Shown here: piece by piece, positions 58,770 to 64,000 of the stretch | How positions within the stretch are numbered: position 1 is the first letter of the stretch | How the letters are laid out: each line of letters opens with the position of its first letter | Source: Antedon mediterranea | Taxonomy: Eukaryota > Animalia > Echinodermata | Assembly (NCBI RefSeq): GCF_964355755.1 | Contig: NC_092677.1 | Coordinates: 20,048,101-20,112,100, forward strand | Direction of reading: 5' to 3' | Length of the DNA stretch: 64,000 nt | The notes under the pieces: generated by a model | Databases searched by the model: none | What the model saw: the letters and a program-made list of their open reading frames with translations, nothing else | Told to the model about the DNA's origin: nothing | Translations under genes and position numbers: made by a program

Positions 58770-59725
58770 CTATCTAGGTTTATATCTACTATACTTAACT
58801 ACTTTATCATTATCTATATCATATGTAAAAGTTTCGTCATCAATAATGAGTTTATCGTATCTTATTTTGAACGGTTTTCCGCTTTTAATAGCTTCATCTA
58901 TTTTTGGTTGTAAATTTTTTCTGATCTTACGAACTCTTGCTGTGTAATCTTCGCTGATAGTAATTTGTTTCCTTCTTTCACCCCGGTCTTCATTTTTGTT
59001 CATTTTTCGACGTTGTGTTCTACTTGCTTTTAGAACATTTTCTTTAGTTTTGTAATCTTTGAATTTCACAATGATCGGTCTCGGTTTAAATCTTGCGTTG
59101 AGCCTATGTGCCCTCTCAATCTCAATATTCTCCCCACCAATACCGAGATCATTTGTAAAGTGTTCTTTTACTTTCTTCTCACTCTGATCCCAATTCTCAT
59201 GTTCGCTATCTATTACTCCATATACTATCAGGTTGTTACGTCTGCTTTGACCTTCAATTTTGTCAGATATGTTTGATTAATTGTAAGTTCATTGTTTTGA
59301 GTTGTTGATTTTCTTCTTCTATTATTGTCATTCTTTCGTTTAGTGAGTCCATGTTGCTATTTAGTGTATCAATTTTTTCTTTTACGCTTTTAACATCTCC
59401 TGAAATGTCATCCATTTTCTTATTCAATTTCGTGTTCATTGTTTGTAGTTGTATTAATATATTTTGTATTGGAAGTTCATTTCCTCCCGCATTCAGCGCA
59501 ACTTGTGTTGTTGCGTCTTCCGTTGTGGGTTTACCAGTAAGTTCATCCAATGTAGCTTGTCTAGTGTAAACTGGACCTGGATTGCTTTCGATATCGCCGG
59601 CCAAAAAAAGTAACAAGCATAACGCAGATAGTCGTAGTGTAGTTCTAATGACTGCACCTAAAGAACCATGACATTTTATGCGCTTTTGTTTATTTCGTTT
59701 TCCTCTCCAATATAGTCCTATTCTA
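58770..59725 (-). pseudogene. LINE ORF1 (coiled coil + L1-ORF1p-like RRM/CTD) with N-terminal 2A-like peptide; 1-nt frameshift at ~59265
   Basis: LLLFLAGDIESNPGP, coiled coil, EGQSRRNNLIVYG, IERAHRL..PRPIIVKF, ISEDYT..RKNL..YDKLII. Confidence 0.85.
59572..59616 (-). other. 2A-like StopGo peptide (DIESNPG|P)
   Basis: Exact D(V/I)ExNPGP consensus with an upstream LLLFLAG hydrophobic stretch. Confidence 0.85.
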
Positions 59726-59726
59726 A

Positions 59727-59866
59727 CAGGGGCCGATCTAGGATTTTGCTAAAGAGAGGGCCGACTCTTTAGGCCTAGCCTAGGTAGGCCTAGCTTAGCT
59801 AGGACTAGGTAGGGGGCCGCGGGCATCCATGGCATGGACATTTTTTTTCTAGACAACGGGAGGAGG
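59727..59866. mobile_element. Left end of a hAT-like element (partner end not seen)
   Basis: CAGGGGCCGATCTAGGATTTT terminus truncating the LINE 5' end. Confidence 0.45.
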
Positions 59867-62629
59867 GGTGTCAGATGAAATCGGTTGCGCTTGAAATCGG
59901 CCGCGTTTGAAATCGGTCGCGATTAAATCAACATCCGATATTTTGTATGGAGCGCCGCTAGATACGCTTTTTATCATATTAGTTACGTTTGATATCGGTC
60001 GCATTTTATTTTGGTCGCGCTAATTTGAATATGGCGCATTAGATACATTTTTAATGAAAACGCTCATTATGTGTTTAGTTAATTTTGAATATTGGAATTT
60101 CTAATAGTGCTATTTGACATTTTTGTTTAACCTCGATTGTACAATAAATATAAATATTTATCTCATTTTTTATAAATAATTTGTGTTTCATTTTATCTTA
60201 CAGGTTTCAATGAATTGTAATGTGTTCTTTAGAAAATCGTTTTAAAAATGTTTTTTTGTTTTATTGAATATTGTGCAAGTTTTTAAAAAGATTGGCATGC
60301 CACTGTTTAAAGTTTTGAAAATACAGTAATAAATAATAATTTAATACTTAAACAAGTAGACGCGCCTATTGCGTATTTTTCAATCACAGTTAATTACGAA
60401 ACACGTTCTATACCTGCAAGTGGATACCAGCTCAATAAGGTTTATGCAATAAAGGAAGATGATGCATGATGATGATTTTTGCATTCGATATCCGCCACTC
60501 TGAAGTGACGTGGGCATGGTTTTAGGATAATAATAAAACATAATAATAGATAATATGCCGTTATAACAGGCCCTACAGTAGGACTATGATGTACAATGAT
60601 AGAATAATGAGAATAATAATGGATGGATAATAAAGGTGGACACGATTCTCAAAGAGGTAATCTGCACAAATATTTAAACATTTATATTTACGAAGGGCGT
60701 ATGGATGTGAGACACTGAGTTGTACTTAATTATTTACATTAAATGAGTATTATAAAGGAAGAAATAAAAGATATTCAAATTAAAATCTATAGTATCGCCG
60801 ACGTACGTATACGTAAATTATATACATCATTTTAAAAAAACACGTGCAGGAGGCCTATAGACGTTTCAAACGTATGGTTATTAGTAATAGACGTCATCTT
60901 TACCTGGACATGGACAACGATCGTACATGTTTTGTCCATGATTTGACACACTACAAGTGCATGTTTTTTAAAAAGGGGAAACCCCGTCAGCAAAATAACG
61001 TATTGTTAGAGGAAACAGCTGCACGATCATAGAAGGCGCATCTCCGATATGGCTTTTTCGGGGGTTTATTTCCGTAGCTCGCCTTTTAACCATCCGCATA
61101 TAATGATCATTTTACTAAAAACTATTTTAAACATTAGAAATAAAAATATACGTGTGATTTGCCTCAACAATAATCATCATACACTTAATATTATCCTACA
61201 TAACGGATATAAATAAAATAGAAATAAAAATAAGGTGATCGAATAGTATGTTGTTAACGACATGGATATGATATAATCTGCCACAGTATGCATAAGTATA
61301 AAAATGGATACGCTGGCTTTACGGGTTATACATTGTAAACATTATTGTTTTTAAATAAATTGTTCTCTTTTACGTAATTGTTTGCATAATAAAAGACACA
61401 GACGTATATTCTCTATATAATATATTAATTACAGCACATATAAATAGAGGTAAATTATTATATGCCTAATATAATATTATGCCTAATAATATAATATTTA
61501 AACGTGTTTAGATGGCCATTTTGAAAAGACACAGTCCTTCTCCGAGACCTGTGAAATACAAAAAAAAATTAATTTAATGATTGATATAAATAAATATTTA
61601 TTAACCAAATATCCACATAAATAATCTAGTTCCTCAAAAATATCAATTAAATCTATATAAACGAAGAAAATGTATATCCCGCTAGCGATTTTTTTTTCGT
61701 ACATAAGTTGGGGACCCCTCATGGAACGTCACAAAATAAACATAAATAATTCATCAGTTAAATTTGTTGTTCCGTGTGCACCCAAGCGTATAGCAACAAG
61801 AAGTGATTACACAACTGCGATACGATACTTTCTACTACAGTAGGCCTTGGATTCTAAGTCAATTCACGTGATTGCCTTCGCGCACTCTTCTTCACACAAA
61901 ATGTGTCGAGTCGAGGCTAATCGACAGCTAGGCAAGACATTAAACTAAGTAGTAATTCATTGGACATAGCCCAAAGAAAGCTTAGACCCACAATAATAAA
62001 GAATGTATAATTTGTGTACTGTATTTTTTTAATTCTGCTATTTTATTATCAAACAATATGCATGTACTCAAAGGAACTTTAAAAATGCGCGTATATGAAC
62101 ACATGAGATGGGAAGATTAGACCCACGAGAATAAAAAATGTATTTTTGTGTAATGTTTATTGTTTAATTTTGCTGACTTATTACTCGGATTGTGTCATAC
62201 CTAACACACACACGTCACACACACCCAAACAGCTACTACTCTACTAGGCCTAGAATAGACATGGGTTTAGAGAATAATAATTAGGCCTAATAGTATTAAT
62301 AGAAACTATAATTTTAACACGTAATTCTTTAGTAATAAATTATATTAAAAACACCATAAACTAAAGGCTGATTATTTCGACAATCCACACAAAACGCCGC
62401 TTTTCTTCTATGAAATCGCACGCCGCAACAACAGCGGAGATAGGCCTAGAATCGTACCGCACTTGTGTAATCACTTCTTGTTGCTATACGCTTGGGTGCA
62501 CACGGAACAAGAAAATTTAACTGATGAATTATTCATGTTTATTTTATGACGTTTCATGAGGGAGTCCCCAACTTATGTACGAAAAAAAAAATCGACCGAT
62601 TTCATCGTAAACCGATTTCATCGTAAACC
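59867..62629. mobile_element. MULE/foldback-like element
   Basis: GGTGTCAGATGAAATCGG.. left, ..CCGATTTCATCGTAAACC right; TSD GGAGGAGG (59859-59866, 62630-62637); interior homologous to the 25360 element. Confidence 0.75.
61685..62594. mobile_element. MITE M1 copy 4 (no TSD)
   Basis: Both TIRs; interior colinear with 23429-24324. Confidence 0.9.
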
Positions 62630-63249
62630 GGAGGAGGTAGCATCTGAGGAGTTGGCCAGACGTTTCTTGTCATAAGATTATCTGAATATGGCTAGGCCTA
62701 GCCTAGGACTAGTGTGTTTTATAGAACGAAACGAAACTGTTTTATTTGCCAATACAATAATCTAAAGCCTGTTTTCCCTTTGACGTAACATTAAGACGAG
62801 TTGCGTTGAGTTGCATTGAATTTTCAAATCATTAAAAATAAATAACGATGATCGAGCGAATATTTACACATTTTTACGCGATCGTTTTTCTGATAAAGTT
62901 TACCATATAGAATGTCAGAAAAAAAGGGCCAGGGTCTTGGAACAATTTTTACGGCACTTTTAAATTTTTGCCTATATAACAGTAACACACACAAATGGCT
63001 ATTAACATACACAAATACCTATATATTGGGGATAGGGAAAACCAATTCACGTTTATTTTTACTTGGAGTTGTGTTATGATGATTAAAATTAGCTGAGGCT
63101 TACTTTAATAACTACTTCTCATAGTAGTTGATAAATCGAGTCGATAACAATGACATCATCATGCCAGAATCCAATATGGCGTCAATTTGGCGGGAAAAAC
63201 AACAGTTTTTGAAAAATTCCTTTTAACGTTACACATTAGAATAGGTTGC

Positions 63250-63960
63250 AGATAATGCTGACTCAAACAAATACGCACTTCAGATGGAAAGGAAAATTCA
63301 CGGTAGGGTGTTGTTTTTGGTATCCATGTCACAATAGCAGATTCTGATCAGGGTGTTAAGAGTATGCATCAGTGTATGAGACATCACTTTCGATAAGGGT
63401 TTACAAATTATTCCTTACACAACACCAGAGATTCCCAGTTCAACCAAATACGTGAAACATTATTATCATCACGGTTCCACCTGCAGTACTGTATATTCAA
63501 AATTACTCTGGAACTCTGCAAAAATGATTTTGACAACAGCTTCCCCAATATACAGATGCACAAACTGGTCTGGAATTATGCATTATTTATAAAAATGTGT
63601 AATAAAATTAGTGTTAATGTGTTACAATCATTGGCCTGAATCTGGAATTAATCTACATTGTTGTATAAGACCAAGTTGCAAAACTAAACTATCGAATATA
63701 TCTGTTTCTTTGATCAACTGCTCTTTATTAAAGCTGTTAAAATCAACAACTTGCAATTTCATTTGGTGGGTTCCAAACCAATTAGTGCAATAGGAATCAT
63801 AATTAAAGAAGCTTAACATTGTAAATTGTACAATGATGCAAAAAAGAGATCTGAACAAATTAAAACCTTGCAAAATCTACGTCCTAGGGTTCGGTTAAGC
63901 AAAAAGACACTTCACATTGATCAGCGATTCCTTATAATGGCATATAATAGGGCCAACTAT
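63250..63960 (+). pseudogene. Degraded Academ-like transposase remnant
   Basis: Fragmentary motifs DKGLQIIPY..LLWNSAK..TNWSGIM, FDQLLFIKAV..SAIGII, IKTLQNLRPRVRLSKKTLHID across stops and frameshifts. Confidence 0.45.
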
Positions 63961-64000
63961 CAGATAGTGGGACTCATCTTTTCCTAATATGATTCATATG

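Larger units (their letters stand above)
54957..59725 (-). mobile_element. Near full-length CR1/L2-group LINE in DENND11 intron 1 (antisense)
   Basis: (GAAT)n tail at 54957-54969, long ORF2, ORF1 with 2A-like motif; 5' end cut by a hAT-like end at 59727. Confidence 0.9.

Noticed and set aside
58602-58913. Hydrophobic plus-strand ORF resembling a membrane protein
   Set aside because: It is the antisense shadow of the Asn-rich LINE linker; the same applies to many antisense ORFs over RT genes.
62640-64000. DENND11 exon 2
   Set aside because: No N.VEW/EFK-type motif found by eye; the region looks like a decayed DNA-transposase remnant.

Overview
AT-rich eukaryotic (probably marine invertebrate) DNA made almost entirely of nested transposable elements; nothing here looks prokaryotic. 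Two nesting stacks can be resolved by target-site duplications (TSDs). Stack 1 (~5.6-23 kb) is a Helentron-type (HINE) array interrupted by an L2-like LINE, a piggyBac-like element, a THAP/P-element remnant, a CR1 LINE and a Kolobok-like element. Stack 2 (25360-52918) is a MULE/foldback-like element containing an L2 LINE, two Gmr1-type LTR retrotransposons (integrase before RT), a Tx1/L1 LINE, a tandem HINE and a hAT. The only recognisable host sequence is a first coding exon of DENND11 (54614-54878). Its intron holds a near-complete antisense LINE with a 2A-like StopGo peptide at the ORF1 N-terminus and a single in-frame UAG between ORF1 and an ATG-less ORF2. The window also shows many precise GGCCTA insertions at TA sites, which look like transposon excision footprints. 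All family calls come from motif recognition by eye, not from database searches.
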